A DNA stretch of 52,414 nucleotides. Origin: Gemmatimonadaceae bacterium (GTDB taxonomy: Bacteria; Gemmatimonadota; Gemmatimonadetes; Gemmatimonadales; Gemmatimonadaceae). Position 1 is the stretch's first letter; each line of letters opens with the position of its first letter. The position numbers and the translations under genes are program-made. Positions 27,822 through 38,325 of this stretch are shown one piece after another. The notes beneath the pieces were generated by a model. That model ran no database searches. It saw only the letters and a list, made by a program, of their open reading frames with translations, and was not told the origin of the DNA. Where the stretch lies: assembly GCA_036514115.1 (NCBI GenBank), contig DATBXT010000081.1, positions 1-52,414 on the forward strand, read 5' to 3'.

Positions 27822-29207
27822 ATGCCGACAATGTCAAAAATCTGCTTAGCCCTGTTGATTGTCTTCTCTGGTTTGGCTGCATGCAGCAGCTCGCCTGCGG
27901 CGCACGTGAATCCGGCGCCCGACCCCCGGGTCCTCCCGCCCGTCGGAGAACAGGCGCCGGACATAAGCGAGTTGTACCGCCAGATTGGTTTGATCGCCGC
28001 GCCCAATCCTGTCGCATTTGTGGGAAAGATCTCCGCCTTTGCCAGCAAAACACCCGATACGACGCTCGTTCTCGTGAGCATGTCGCTGCCGAACCGCGCT
28101 CTCACTTTCTCCAGAGAGGGTGATCGCTACCGTGCGCCGTACGAAGTAAACCTCGTGCTCAATCGCGGGAACGCCGAGGCCGGAAGCGTCAACGCAATGG
28201 AGATAGTGCGGGTTGGCTCATTTCGCGAGATCAACAGATCCGACGAAAGTGTGATCTTCCAGCACTACTTCCACGTGCCGCCGGGACTGTATACGCTGTC
28301 GGCAACAGTGCGAGACATAGGCGGTTCGCGCAGCGAGACGCAACAGGTGTCCGTGTCGGTGCCCATGCTTGGTGCGGGCGGTCTGTCGACACCGTTGCTC
28401 GTCTATGAGGCAAAGGGGCGATCGGTTCTCGACTCCGCTCCGAACGTTCTTGCCAGCCCCCGTTCGAGTGCGGTGTTTGGCCGGGATAGCACTGTCGCCG
28501 TCTACGTCGAAGCCTATGGCTCCGGCAATCGGTTGCCGGTGGACTTCACCGTTCGTAACGATAAAGGTGTCCAGCTGTGGCGTGACTCTGTACAGCTGGC
28601 GCGAAATGGAAACCTTTTCAGCGGAATCGTATCGGTACCCATCTCCACGGTGGGAGTAGGCACTGCCCAGGTGTCGTTCAGCCGCCGAGATGTCCCGGAC
28701 AGTGTGAGAGCGCCGCTATTTGTGAGCTTCGGGGAGGATATACCGCTGATGTCCTTCGAGGACATGATCGGATACCTGCGGTATTTTGCGAACCCAAGTC
28801 GGTTGAGCGCGCTGAAGTCAGCGCCGCCGGCACAGCGGGCAACACTATGGGCGGACTTTCTGAGAGTGACCGACCCGATACCCGAGACAGCCACGAACGA
28901 GGATTTGCAGGCGTACTTCAGCCGAATCCAGATTGCAAACGTTCAGTTCAGGCCCGACCATAATCCTGGCTGGCTTTCCGATCGTGGAATGGTCTTCGTG
29001 GCTCTCGGAGAGCCGGATCAGATTAGCGAGCGAAACGTTAATCAGAGCGTTACCACCATGCAGATGGGCTCGACCACCCGGCTACAAATCTGGCAATACC
29101 GGCAGTTCAATTCACAGCTGGTCTTCTATGACGAAACCGGCCGGTGGAAGCTAACCAGACCCAGCGAAACGGAGTTTTTGGCGCTCAACGCACGCCGAGC
29201 AAGATAA
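27822..29207 (+). CDS. GWxTD-domain lipoprotein
   Basis: Lipobox LAAC. C-terminal W...DP.P.T..NE...YF.RI..AN...GWLSDRGMVFV..GEPD...W.Y pattern of the GWxTD domain. Start could be 27798, 27822 or 27831. Confidence 0.8.
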   Translation: MPTMSKICLALLIVFSGLAACSSSPAAHVNPAPDPRVLPPVGEQAPDISELYRQIGLIAAPNPVAFVGKISAFASKTPDTTLVLVSMSLPNRALTFSREGDRYRAPYEVNLVLNRGNAEAGSVNAMEIVRVGSFREINRSDESVIFQHYFHVPPGLYTLSATVRDIGGSRSETQQVSVSVPMLGAGGLSTPLLVYEAKGRSVLDSAPNVLASPRSSAVFGRDSTVAVYVEAYGSGNRLPVDFTVRNDKGVQLWRDSVQLARNGNLFSGIVSVPISTVGVGTAQVSFSRRDVPDSVRAPLFVSFGEDIPLMSFEDMIGYLRYFANPSRLSALKSAPPAQRATLWADFLRVTDPIPETATNEDLQAYFSRIQIANVQFRPDHNPGWLSDRGMVFVALGEPDQISERNVNQSVTTMQMGSTTRLQIWQYRQFNSQLVFYDETGRWKLTRPSETEFLALNARRAR

Positions 29208-29239
29208 GAATCTAACTCCGCGGGTCTTATATTGATTCT

Positions 29240-32185
29240 ATGAAAGGTCCTGACAGCCCTCGACTCTTCCTGATCGACGGCTATGCGCTGATCTATCGCG
29301 CGTTTTTCGCGATGATCGCCCGCCCTCTCACTACCAGCAAGGGCGAAAATACATCGGCCAGTTGGGGGATCGCCACGTTCCTTCGCCTGCTCATGACCAA
29401 TCACCAGCCTGATTACGTCGGTTGGGTCCACGATTCGGGTCTGTCGTTCCGTCATGAGCGCTATCCTGCCTACAAAGCCACACGTGAAAAACTGACTGAA
29501 GAACTCCAGTCCGACTTTGATCGTGGAATGGATCGCATCAACCAGATACTGAGCGCATACCGGATTCCGGTTATCACGCTCCCTGGTTATGAGGCCGACG
29601 ACGTCATCGGTACTCTCGTCAGCAAGAGCGTCGAAGCCGGCATGAACGTCGTCGTCGTATCGGGCGACAAGGATTTCCAGCAACTCGTGAAGCCCGGAGT
29701 GTGGCTGCTGAATCCGGGCCGCGGCGGCTCAGCGAACGTCGAAGAGCATTGGGTGAGTGTCGAAAATGCCGACGAACGGCTCGGGGTAGCTCCGGAATTC
29801 GTGACGGATTACCTCGCCCTCGTTGGCGATTCCTCCGACAACATTCCAGGCGTACGCGGGATCGGCGACAAAACAGCCGCCGAGCTCGTCCGTCAATACG
29901 GCCATCTGGAGTCGATCCTCGAGCACGCGCCCGAGATCACCAAGAAACGTCCGCGTGAAGCTTTGCTCGAACACGCGGAGAACGCGCGACTTTCCAAGGA
30001 ATTAGTAACTATTCGCGACGATTTGGCGGTAACGCTCGATCTCGATGCGTTGCGCATAAAGGAACCCGATTATTTTCGGCTGCGTGATCTCTACATCGAG
30101 CTGGAGTTTCATTCACTCGCCAGGGATATCGCTGTTCAGGCACCGGTCGAGGAGAAGCCCAAAAAAGAGGTCAACTACGTAACGGTCGATAACCTCGATG
30201 GGTTGTCTCACGCGGTAAAGCGCGCACGCGAGGCAAGGTGGATCTCCCTCGATACGGAGGCGTTCGTCGAGCCTGAAAGTCCACAAACCGTCGACCCACT
30301 GCGTTCATCGCTGATCTCGATCGCAATTGGGGTCGGCGGGGGAGAGGCTTACTATTTTCCGCTTCGACACCGCCAACCGCGCGGAGCGCAGGGAGAACTG
30401 CTCGTCGATGCACCTGGCGATCGGTCCGCCACCGACGCGCCCGAAGAGCGAGGCTTCATTCGCGGCGGCGATGAAGTTTTTCCGGATCCTCAGCCTGCGA
30501 AAAAGAAAAAATCCAACGGCGATACGCTGAGCATTGCCGCGAGGATGCTTAGAGAGAAACGCGTTGGCAACGTGAGTAACCTTCCACCACTCGATGCCGT
30601 CGAGATGAAGCCCTTGCGGGATCTTCTCGAGGATCCAGCCGTTCGCAAAACGGCGCACAACGCCAAGTTCGACGTGTTACTGCTTCGCTGTCTGGGCATC
30701 AAGCTCGCGGGACTCGATTTCGACACGATGCTGGCGAGCTACGTTCTCGATCCCGGCAGGCGATCTCACGGGTTGGACGTTCTGAGCATGGAGTTCCTCG
30801 ACCATACCATGACGTCATACGCTGACCTATGCGGAAAGGGTCGGTCAGCCATTCCATTCGAGGAATGTCCGGTTGAAGCTGCTCGCGACTACTCCTGCGA
30901 AGAAGCCGATATGGTCCTGCAGCTTCGCGAGATATTCGAGCCGCAACTCGAAACCCACGAGCTCACCCGACTGCTGGATGGGATCGAGCTACCCCTTATC
31001 GATGTACTCTCCGAAATGGAGTGGACCGGTATTACCATTGACCTGCCGTGGTTTGCGTCGTTGAAACAGCGTTTTCGATCCGAACGCGAAGCGGTTGAAA
31101 AGCAGATCTACGAAACGGCCGGAATGGAGTTCAACATCAACTCTAATCCGCAACTCCGTGAGATTCTCTTCGAGAAGCTGAATCTTCCGATTATCAAGCG
31201 AACGAGCACCGGCCCATCCACGGACGCAAGCGTCCTCATGGAGCTCGCCGAGGAAGGTCACGCGCTTCCAACTCTTCTAATGGAGTATCGCGAGCTCTCC
31301 AAACTGGAGAGTACGTATCTCGACGCGTTACCACGTCTGGTAAATCCAAAGACTGGCCGGCTCCACACGTCATACAACCAGACCGTCGCCTCGACGGGCC
31401 GTCTCTCTTCCAGCGATCCAAACCTTCAGAACATTCCAATCCGACGGGAACTGGGCCGTGACATCAGACGTGGATTTATTCCGCGTCCGGGCTGGAAACT
31501 CCTTGCGGCCGACTACTCGCAGATCGAGCTTCGCCTGCTGGCGCACCTGTCAGGAGATGCGGCGTTCGTCGAAGCTTTTCGGGCCGGCGGTGACATTCAT
31601 CGGCAGACAGCAGCGTTGATTTTCGACGTGGACCTGCTCGATGTGAACGGCACTATGCGCAGTCGCGCGAAGACCATCAACTTCGCCACGATCTATGGCC
31701 AGGGCCCACACGCTCTGTCTCGTCAGCTCGGTATCGAGCACGCTGAAGCTAAGGAGTTCATTGCGCGCTATTTCGAGCGCTTTCAGGGCGTCCGTAATTA
31801 CCTGGATGCGATGGTCGCCTTTGCGCGAGAGAATGGTTACGTGCAGACAATCTTTGGGCGCCGTCGTTACATACCTGAGTTGCGCGAGCGCAATTTCAAC
31901 ATTCGGGCATTTGGCGAGAGAACCGCAGCCAATTCCCCGATTCAGGGCTCAGCGGCAGACCTGATCAAGATTGCCATGATCAGAATCGACGCAACTCTTC
32001 GCGACAAGGCCCTCCAAGGCAAAATGCTCCTGCAGGTGCACGACGAGCTCGTGTTCGAAGTTCCACCCGCCGAGCTCGATCAGGTACAGGAGCTCGTCAA
32101 GTACGAAATGGAAAATGCCGCCCAGCTGTCTGTACCGCTCGTTGTCGATCTGGGCGTCGGCGCCAACTGGCTGGAGACGAAATAG
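29240..32185 (+). CDS. polA: DNA polymerase I
   Basis: 5'-3' exonuclease (LIDG, YKATR, EADD, GDKD, GDSSDNIPGV), 3'-5' exonuclease region (DTE, HNAKFD) and Pol A motifs (DYSQIELR, AKTINF, QVHDEL). Confidence 0.99.
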   Translation: MKGPDSPRLFLIDGYALIYRAFFAMIARPLTTSKGENTSASWGIATFLRLLMTNHQPDYVGWVHDSGLSFRHERYPAYKATREKLTEELQSDFDRGMDRINQILSAYRIPVITLPGYEADDVIGTLVSKSVEAGMNVVVVSGDKDFQQLVKPGVWLLNPGRGGSANVEEHWVSVENADERLGVAPEFVTDYLALVGDSSDNIPGVRGIGDKTAAELVRQYGHLESILEHAPEITKKRPREALLEHAENARLSKELVTIRDDLAVTLDLDALRIKEPDYFRLRDLYIELEFHSLARDIAVQAPVEEKPKKEVNYVTVDNLDGLSHAVKRAREARWISLDTEAFVEPESPQTVDPLRSSLISIAIGVGGGEAYYFPLRHRQPRGAQGELLVDAPGDRSATDAPEERGFIRGGDEVFPDPQPAKKKKSNGDTLSIAARMLREKRVGNVSNLPPLDAVEMKPLRDLLEDPAVRKTAHNAKFDVLLLRCLGIKLAGLDFDTMLASYVLDPGRRSHGLDVLSMEFLDHTMTSYADLCGKGRSAIPFEECPVEAARDYSCEEADMVLQLREIFEPQLETHELTRLLDGIELPLIDVLSEMEWTGITIDLPWFASLKQRFRSEREAVEKQIYETAGMEFNINSNPQLREILFEKLNLPIIKRTSTGPSTDASVLMELAEEGHALPTLLMEYRELSKLESTYLDALPRLVNPKTGRLHTSYNQTVASTGRLSSSDPNLQNIPIRRELGRDIRRGFIPRPGWKLLAADYSQIELRLLAHLSGDAAFVEAFRAGGDIHRQTAALIFDVDLLDVNGTMRSRAKTINFATIYGQGPHALSRQLGIEHAEAKEFIARYFERFQGVRNYLDAMVAFARENGYVQTIFGRRRYIPELRERNFNIRAFGERTAANSPIQGSAADLIKIAMIRIDATLRDKALQGKMLLQVHDELVFEVPPAELDQVQELVKYEMENAAQLSVPLVVDLGVGANWLETK

Positions 32186-32187
32186 AG

Positions 32188-33159
32188 CTACGAGCGCCGT
32201 GGCTGATTCTCGAACGCGGCCCAGTACGCTCCGCCCAGAAGACTCACCAGGTAGATGACGCTCACCCAGAACGATCGCACCAACACACCTACAACGACGA
32301 TCTGTAAGACGTAGGCCAGTAGCACTATCCCGGTTGCAAACATGATCGTCAGCATCGCCGGCTGGTCAGCGTCGCGGCTCTGTCTGAGCGCGAGACTTCT
32401 TGCCACCTGTATTGAAGGCTGATGCGTTAATCGACCCCACCAGGCGGCCATGGTGATTAAAAGTCTCTTCAGACTTCTCGATGGGAGGCGGACTGGAGAT
32501 TCCTCCGATCGTATGACTCCACATTCCGATAACGCACGCAACCGGGCAGCTACTTCCAGCGTAAGTGTGCCGGCGTCTGAATTTGGCCAGGACTCCATCT
32601 CGATAGCTTCGCCTATCCGAATGTCGACGAGGGAACCCGGAGTTGCCTTACTGTCGAAGACAACGCCAATAGGAAGAATGCGGACGCCTGAGATCGCTCT
32701 GTTATCGCGAGCCTGGAGCGCGAGCCTCGCGAGACCGGTTTTCAGAGGCTCGAGTGCAGTTGCGTTGTGACTTTTTCCTTCGGGGAAAATGAGAACGGCA
32801 CCATCGTTCTCGAGAAGGTCCAGAATTTCCCTGAACGCCACCGTGTTTCGTGCACGGTCGAATGGCAAGCCGTCCTTCTTCCGCGATTCATCGCTGACTC
32901 GCCTCAGTGGTACGACGCCTAGAATTCTGAACAACACTGCCACTAACGGATTGTCGACAAGGGTTGCTTTGGCCGTCATCGTGATCCGCCTCGGCATTAC
33001 CCAGCCGACAAGCAGCGAGTCCACCAGCGCGTTCCAGTGATTTACTGCAATCAGTAACGGGCCGTTTGTGGGAATCCTCTCGCGCCCGACGACGCGGATG
33101 TCGCGGTAGAACCAGTGGAGTGCAATGCCCGTAATCCATCGAAGCGCACGGTAGATCAT
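32188..33159 (-). CDS. Phospholipid/glycerol acyltransferase (PlsC family)
   Basis: NHWNALVD (HxxxxD), IFPEGKSH and LKTGLAR; C-terminal TM segments. Confidence 0.85.
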   Translation of the reverse strand: MIYRALRWITGIALHWFYRDIRVVGRERIPTNGPLLIAVNHWNALVDSLLVGWVMPRRITMTAKATLVDNPLVAVLFRILGVVPLRRVSDESRKKDGLPFDRARNTVAFREILDLLENDGAVLIFPEGKSHNATALEPLKTGLARLALQARDNRAISGVRILPIGVVFDSKATPGSLVDIRIGEAIEMESWPNSDAGTLTLEVAARLRALSECGVIRSEESPVRLPSRSLKRLLITMAAWWGRLTHQPSIQVARSLALRQSRDADQPAMLTIMFATGIVLLAYVLQIVVVGVLVRSFWVSVIYLVSLLGGAYWAAFENQPRRS

Positions 33160-34619
33160 TTGCGACTCGCTGTTCTGCTGAAATTGTCAGGGACGCCGCT
33201 GAGCATCCACAATGCCAGCGCCATTCCGATCGCCACGGTCAGAACACCTGCGCGGTAGGCGATACCGGTCCCCATCGACGGCTTCAATCCATCGACCGCA
33301 AACGCCCAGATGAATGGTCCCACCACAGCCGCTGCGCGAGAGGAGAGCACCATCAGGCTGAAGAAACGTCCAGCCTCGACGTCGGGCACCAGACTCAGTA
33401 GCAGCGGACGTTCTGCGGTCGACACGCCGCCATATATGAGTCCGATCAGGGCACCAACGATCCAGAACGAGCTCTTTGACGGCGCGACGATCATCGCCAG
33501 GAGCAGCACGATCCAGCAGCCAAGTACTCCGGACAATGTTTTCTTTGGGCCGAAGCGATCTACGATGCGACCGATGATGTAACTACCGATTACCGCCGGC
33601 ACCGTGAGAATTACAAAAAGAGTTGCTTCCGATCCTTTGACGAAACCCATGGCGAAGATCGCGTACAGCGCCATGTTGGCGATGATCGTCCCCATCGCAT
33701 CCTGGTAGAGAAACGAAGTCAGGATGAATCGCAGGGTGCCCGGATACCTTCTGGCCTCTCTCACCGTGTTTCGTACGTCGCCAAATGCATCCATCCAGGC
33801 GATCCTTTTCTTCCCATGTACCACATTGTGGTCCCTGCAAAACAGAAACAGCGGGATCGAAAAAAGAAGAAAAAGCAGAGCGGTCGGCACAAAGGTCGAA
33901 ACTCGACCACCGTGCGTCGTGAATGGCACGACACTGCGCAATGCGCTCACAACTTTCTCGGGCACAGCGCCGATGATCGGCATCTGTCCAGTGAAAAATG
34001 GGAACGTAAGGATGACGCCCGTGATGGACCCAACATATCCGAGTGCGGCGCCCATCCCTGATAACCGCCCACGATGATCCACAGGAGTGAGCTCGGGCAT
34101 CATCGCGTTGTAGAATGGCTGCGCGCCCTGATAAGCGTAGTTGGCAAGGGTGAATGCGGTGAGCACTCCGAAGAGCGCGAGGCTCTGGTTTGCGAAACCC
34201 GACGAAGACGAGGTTACGCCCGTGACCCCTTCACCCACGAGCGGCAACCCGAATTGCCCGAGCGCCGCTACTACAATGGTGGCGATACAGGCAATCAGAG
34301 TGAAGCCAACTACCCAGGGCTTGCGCCGTTGAGTAGCGTCGGAAATGGCGCCGAAGATCGGTATGGATACGACCACCAGCGCCGAAGCAATTCCGTTTAC
34401 GGACGCGTAAAGCGTATTTGAATGTCCAAGGTCGGCGACCAGCCACGCGGAGAAATAGAGCGTGGTGATATTCATGGAAAACACGGTGTTCGCGAAGTCG
34501 TAAAGCGCCCAACTGAGGCGCTCGCGAAACGGTGCGAGTTGAGGATCGAGGTCACCGCTCGCCGTCACATCCAAACCTGTCGTCATTCGGGTTGCGTCGA
34601 TTGGAGTTGCCGAAGTCAT
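33156..34619 (-). CDS. MFS transporter (UMF1/Atg22-like)
   Basis: SWALYDFAN, GAISD...RRK, FYNAM.PE and RGRLSG.G.ALGYVG motifs; about 12 hydrophobic segments. Confidence 0.85.
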   Translation of the reverse strand: MTSATPIDATRMTTGLDVTASGDLDPQLAPFRERLSWALYDFANTVFSMNITTLYFSAWLVADLGHSNTLYASVNGIASALVVVSIPIFGAISDATQRRKPWVVGFTLIACIATIVVAALGQFGLPLVGEGVTGVTSSSSGFANQSLALFGVLTAFTLANYAYQGAQPFYNAMMPELTPVDHRGRLSGMGAALGYVGSITGVILTFPFFTGQMPIIGAVPEKVVSALRSVVPFTTHGGRVSTFVPTALLFLLFSIPLFLFCRDHNVVHGKKRIAWMDAFGDVRNTVREARRYPGTLRFILTSFLYQDAMGTIIANMALYAIFAMGFVKGSEATLFVILTVPAVIGSYIIGRIVDRFGPKKTLSGVLGCWIVLLLAMIVAPSKSSFWIVGALIGLIYGGVSTAERPLLLSLVPDVEAGRFFSLMVLSSRAAAVVGPFIWAFAVDGLKPSMGTGIAYRAGVLTVAIGMALALWMLSGVPDNFSRTASRK

Positions 34620-34745
34620 TTTTGGGCCTCGTTTAATCCTGCGCGAATTACACTACACCCCGCGTTCAAACGGGCAAATACGTAGGTTGACGTAGCACGT
34701 GATGCGTACTCTCGACGTTCGAATAACTGCCGGACAAATTACGCC

Positions 34746-35663
34746 ATGACATTTCGCCTGGCTGCCTGGTCTCCGCTCGTAACTCTTTGCTTACTGCTCG
34801 GGTGCCGGGGCGGAGAACGAGAGAATCCTGACTCGACACGCGCTCTGCCACCAGTATTCCCTGCTTCACCCGTCGAAAATACGCACTGGAATAGCGATGC
34901 CGGTCCCGTCATGATCGCCGCCACAGGCAGCGGAATAGACAGCGCGATGGTGATTCTCCCATATGCGACCGACAGCACGATTGACTCTCTGCAGTCCACA
35001 GCAGCGTCCACATCCGGGATGAGATTCGATCTGTTTCGGCGAAGCGGTAAGATCGCCTCCGGAATCAGCGTGCTGCCGCTTTCCCGAACCGACACGACCA
35101 GGGATTGTTATTCGTGGCCGGCCGCGAAGCTCCAATCCAGCTCTGAGAGCTGGCAATTCGGATTCGTGAGCGGACATGCGCAGACGATCGCGCTCGACTC
35201 CATCGAAACGCTTCCCAGCAAAGACTCTGCGTCACTCGCGGCGTCGATAACCCGGTCTGCGGCAACGTTGCCCGGCACCATCGATCCGACCTTCAGAGGT
35301 CTTCCTTTCAGAGTTCGATCCGCGTACACGTTTCAGCTGGACACGATGGATGTCGTCGTTGCGAATGTGGTGCGCAGTGTCAATGAGGAGGCGAAGCCTC
35401 GAGTGGAGAACCTGCTTATTTTTGCAGAAAGACCGCGCAACTCAAACGGAAAGTTCGAGGTTAGCTACTTCACCAGGAGCGCGGGACCGGAAGAATCCAC
35501 ATCGGTAACAGGGATCCTTGGTGCCGTCACAGTAGGCTCGTCGCGACGCCCCATCGTCATCGTCAACGTCCAGTATGATGAGGGCGGAAAGTTTGGATTC
35601 ATCGAGCGGTCCACCACAGGTAAATGGAACGCGACTTGGAAAAGCGCCTACACAGATTGTTGA
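34746..35663 (+). CDS. Hypothetical lipoprotein
   Basis: Lipobox LLGC at residues 17-20; long ORF filling the gap; ends in Cys; no recognised family. Confidence 0.65.
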   Translation: MTFRLAAWSPLVTLCLLLGCRGGERENPDSTRALPPVFPASPVENTHWNSDAGPVMIAATGSGIDSAMVILPYATDSTIDSLQSTAASTSGMRFDLFRRSGKIASGISVLPLSRTDTTRDCYSWPAAKLQSSSESWQFGFVSGHAQTIALDSIETLPSKDSASLAASITRSAATLPGTIDPTFRGLPFRVRSAYTFQLDTMDVVVANVVRSVNEEAKPRVENLLIFAERPRNSNGKFEVSYFTRSAGPEESTSVTGILGAVTVGSSRRPIVIVNVQYDEGGKFGFIERSTTGKWNATWKSAYTDC

Positions 35664-35684
35664 ACGGCTTCGGACATCGCGCGG

Positions 35685-36458
35685 TTACAATCCTGTTGGT
35701 GCGCTTACGAAAGTAGACGCCACACCGTATTTGATGCCGAGGTGATCCGCCAACGCGCGGACGCCCAGCGTCTCGGTTGCATAGTGACCCGCGTAAATAA
35801 TCGCGATGCCGATTTCTTCTGCCTGCACTGCCGTGTGATGCGGACCCTCACCGACGATCAACGTGTCGACGTGATTGTCCACGGCCTCTCGAAGTGTGTC
35901 AGTCGACGCCCCGGCACCGGTGCACATGGCCCACCTTTTTGTGCGATGTCCATCGGGGATTGACGTGAGGCGCATTCCGCCGGAGTAAGTCACGGCGAAA
36001 TCTCGCGCTTTCTCAGCCAACACCGCGGTCTCCATGTCGCACTCGCCGCTCACTCCGATAAAAATTCCATCGTATTTGGCGAACTTCCCCGTTGGAATCA
36101 GGTCCAACTCTTTCGCGAGCAGAACATTATTTCCGAGACTCGCGTGTCGATCGAGCGGGAGGTGAGACGAGTACACGGCAATGTCATTGTCGAGCAATAG
36201 CCGTAACCGCCGATACGAGGGACCACGGATCTGACCGAAACCGCTCCAGAACATTCCGTGATGTACGATTAAAAGATTCGCCGACACCTCGATTGCGCCT
36301 TGGATCGCCCGCGTCGAAAAATCCACCGCTGACGCTATTCCCTTGATGGCAGATGTGTTCTCCAACTGGAGACCATTCATTGCGGCGGGATAATCTGGGG
36401 TCCCGGCGGTATCCAGCAGCTCATCAGTGTAGGCTGCCACCTCGTCAATCTGTGTCAT
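35685..36458 (-). CDS. Nif3-like dinuclear metal centre protein (YbgI family)
   Basis: NGLQ, LIVHHGMFW, HLPLD.H..LGNN and AGHYATE motifs. Confidence 0.93.
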   Translation of the reverse strand: MTQIDEVAAYTDELLDTAGTPDYPAAMNGLQLENTSAIKGIASAVDFSTRAIQGAIEVSANLLIVHHGMFWSGFGQIRGPSYRRLRLLLDNDIAVYSSHLPLDRHASLGNNVLLAKELDLIPTGKFAKYDGIFIGVSGECDMETAVLAEKARDFAVTYSGGMRLTSIPDGHRTKRWAMCTGAGASTDTLREAVDNHVDTLIVGEGPHHTAVQAEEIGIAIIYAGHYATETLGVRALADHLGIKYGVASTFVSAPTGL

Positions 36459-36563
36459 ACGAGCCTGCAGATTTGTGTGGAGAACTCGGCCCTCTAATCG
36501 ACTCGGGAAGCGGTAACTCCTTTACTGGCAACAAGTTACATCTCAGGTTTATAACCCTGTTGA

Positions 36564-37460
36564 TTAGTCCGGTACCCCGATCCTTTCAAGTAGTCTCTGA
36601 AGATCATCGGCTGAATAGAACTGTACCGACAGAACACCGCTGTTATCGGCTCCGACCCTGAGTACAACGTCGGTCTGCAGGAACCGGCGCAATCGATCTT
36701 CGATTCTTTTTGCCTCGGCTGGCTGCCTGTCGACCGTTCGCGGCCGTCCCGCCTTCTTTCCTTCACGCGGACCCGCGACATCGCGGAGCCGCCGCTCCAC
36801 CTCCCTTACCGTTAGTCCCTCGGCGACTATCGCCAGAGCGAGCTCAACGATCTTCTCGGCATCCTCGAGGCCAAGCAAAACCTTGGCATGGCCCATGGTC
36901 AGGTGACCTTCCTGGAGAAGTCGGCGAGCTTGATCGGGAAGCTGTAGCAACCGCACCATATTGGAAATGGTCGTGCGATCCTTTCCGACTGTCTCCGCGA
37001 TCTGTTGCTGGGTGAGCCCGAATTCATCCGCGAGTTGGTGGTAGCCCTCACCTTCCTCGATTGGATTCAAATCAGCTCGCTGCAGATTCTCGACTAGTGC
37101 CAGAGTGAGAAGAGTGCGATCGTCGATTTCTTTTATGATGGCCGGGATCTCCTTCCAGCCGAGTCCCTTCGCCGCTCGCAAACGTCGCTCTCCTGCGATG
37201 AGCTCAAAACCGTCCCTGCCTGCGCGCCGGCGAACAGTAATGGGCTGGAGGAGTCCACTGGCGCGAATACTTTCCTGAAGTTCAGATAATTCGTCGGCGT
37301 TGAATTCTTGCCTGGGCTGGAACGGATTTCTGGTGATTTGTCCCACGGGAATGGATTTGAGCGCCCCTTCGTCGCTCGATGCCAGACCGGTCGCGCTTCC
37401 GAGTAGTGCTTCGAGACCTCTGCCCAGTCGTCGTGGGGTTTTTTCAGTTGCCACTGTCAT
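36564..37460 (-). CDS. parB: Chromosome partitioning protein ParB
   Basis: [46 protein letters not shown]. Confidence 0.97.
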   Translation of the reverse strand: MTVATEKTPRRLGRGLEALLGSATGLASSDEGALKSIPVGQITRNPFQPRQEFNADELSELQESIRASGLLQPITVRRRAGRDGFELIAGERRLRAAKGLGWKEIPAIIKEIDDRTLLTLALVENLQRADLNPIEEGEGYHQLADEFGLTQQQIAETVGKDRTTISNMVRLLQLPDQARRLLQEGHLTMGHAKVLLGLEDAEKIVELALAIVAEGLTVREVERRLRDVAGPREGKKAGRPRTVDRQPAEAKRIEDRLRRFLQTDVVLRVGADNSGVLSVQFYSADDLQRLLERIGVPD

Positions 37461-38232
37461 CTCCTTGGGCCGTTCGTGCGATCAGCTCCTTCGCGACGTT
37501 CATATAGGCTTGCGCTCCGACCGAAGCGACATCGTAAAGGATGATCGGCTTACCGAAGCTGGGTGCCTCAGCCAAGCGAACATTCCGTGGTACGACGCTT
37601 CTGAAAACCTTGGGTCCGAAGTACTCGCGCGCGTCATCGGCCACCTGGCGGGAAAGGTTGAGCCGAGAGTCGTACATGGTCAGCAATACGCCATCGATCC
37701 CGAGCTTTTCATTTGCGCTGTGCTGGACACGGTGAACCGTGTTAAGAAGTTGGGATAATCCCTCGAGAGCGTAATACTCACACTGCAAGGGAATCAGAAG
37801 CGCATCTGCGGCGACCAGCATGTTGATCGTGATCAAGCCGAGGGAAGGCGGACAGTCGATTATCACGTAGTCGTAGTCGCCCCGGAGGGAATCCACTGCT
37901 CTTTTCATAACCACGTCTCGGTCACGTTTATCCACTAACTCAACTTCCGCGGCAGCGAGATCCGGCGTGGCGGCTATGACGTCCAGTTTCTCGAACTGGA
38001 CCGATGTCTGTCGGGAAGATCGAAAATCGGAATTCCCAACGAGCACATCATACAGAGTGAGAGGCACGTTCTCCTTCTGAAGTCCAACGCCGCTTGTCGC
38101 ATTTCCCTGGGGGTCCGCATCTACTAAGAGGGTTCTCTGCTCGGCGGCGGCCAAGCTCGCGGCGAGATTTACTGCGGTGGTCGTCTTACCGACACCGCCC
38201 TTCTGATTGGCGATTGCGATGATACGCGCCAC
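37444..38232 (-). CDS. parA: Chromosome partitioning ATPase ParA (Soj)
   Basis: [36 protein letters not shown] and [10 protein letters not shown]. Start reset to GTG 38232. Confidence 0.97.
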   Translation of the reverse strand: MARIIAIANQKGGVGKTTTAVNLAASLAAAEQRTLLVDADPQGNATSGVGLQKENVPLTLYDVLVGNSDFRSSRQTSVQFEKLDVIAATPDLAAAEVELVDKRDRDVVMKRAVDSLRGDYDYVIIDCPPSLGLITINMLVAADALLIPLQCEYYALEGLSQLLNTVHRVQHSANEKLGIDGVLLTMYDSRLNLSRQVADDAREYFGPKVFRSVVPRNVRLAEAPSFGKPIILYDVASVGAQAYMNVAKELIARTAQGDDSGN

Positions 38233-38279
38233 GAAATTCCGAGTGGGAGGAACGCGTAATTTATCCAACAAGGGAGGGG

Positions 38280-38319
38280 GTTTCCACGTGGAACGCAACA
38301 CAACGTTCCACGTGGAAAC
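38280..38319. promoter_or_regulatory. Tandem parS centromere-like sites upstream of parA
   Basis: GTTTCCACGTGGAACG (38280-38295) and CGTTCCACGTGGAAAC (38304-38319), each close to the consensus parS palindrome. Confidence 0.88.
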
Positions 38320-38325
38320 CTAGGC

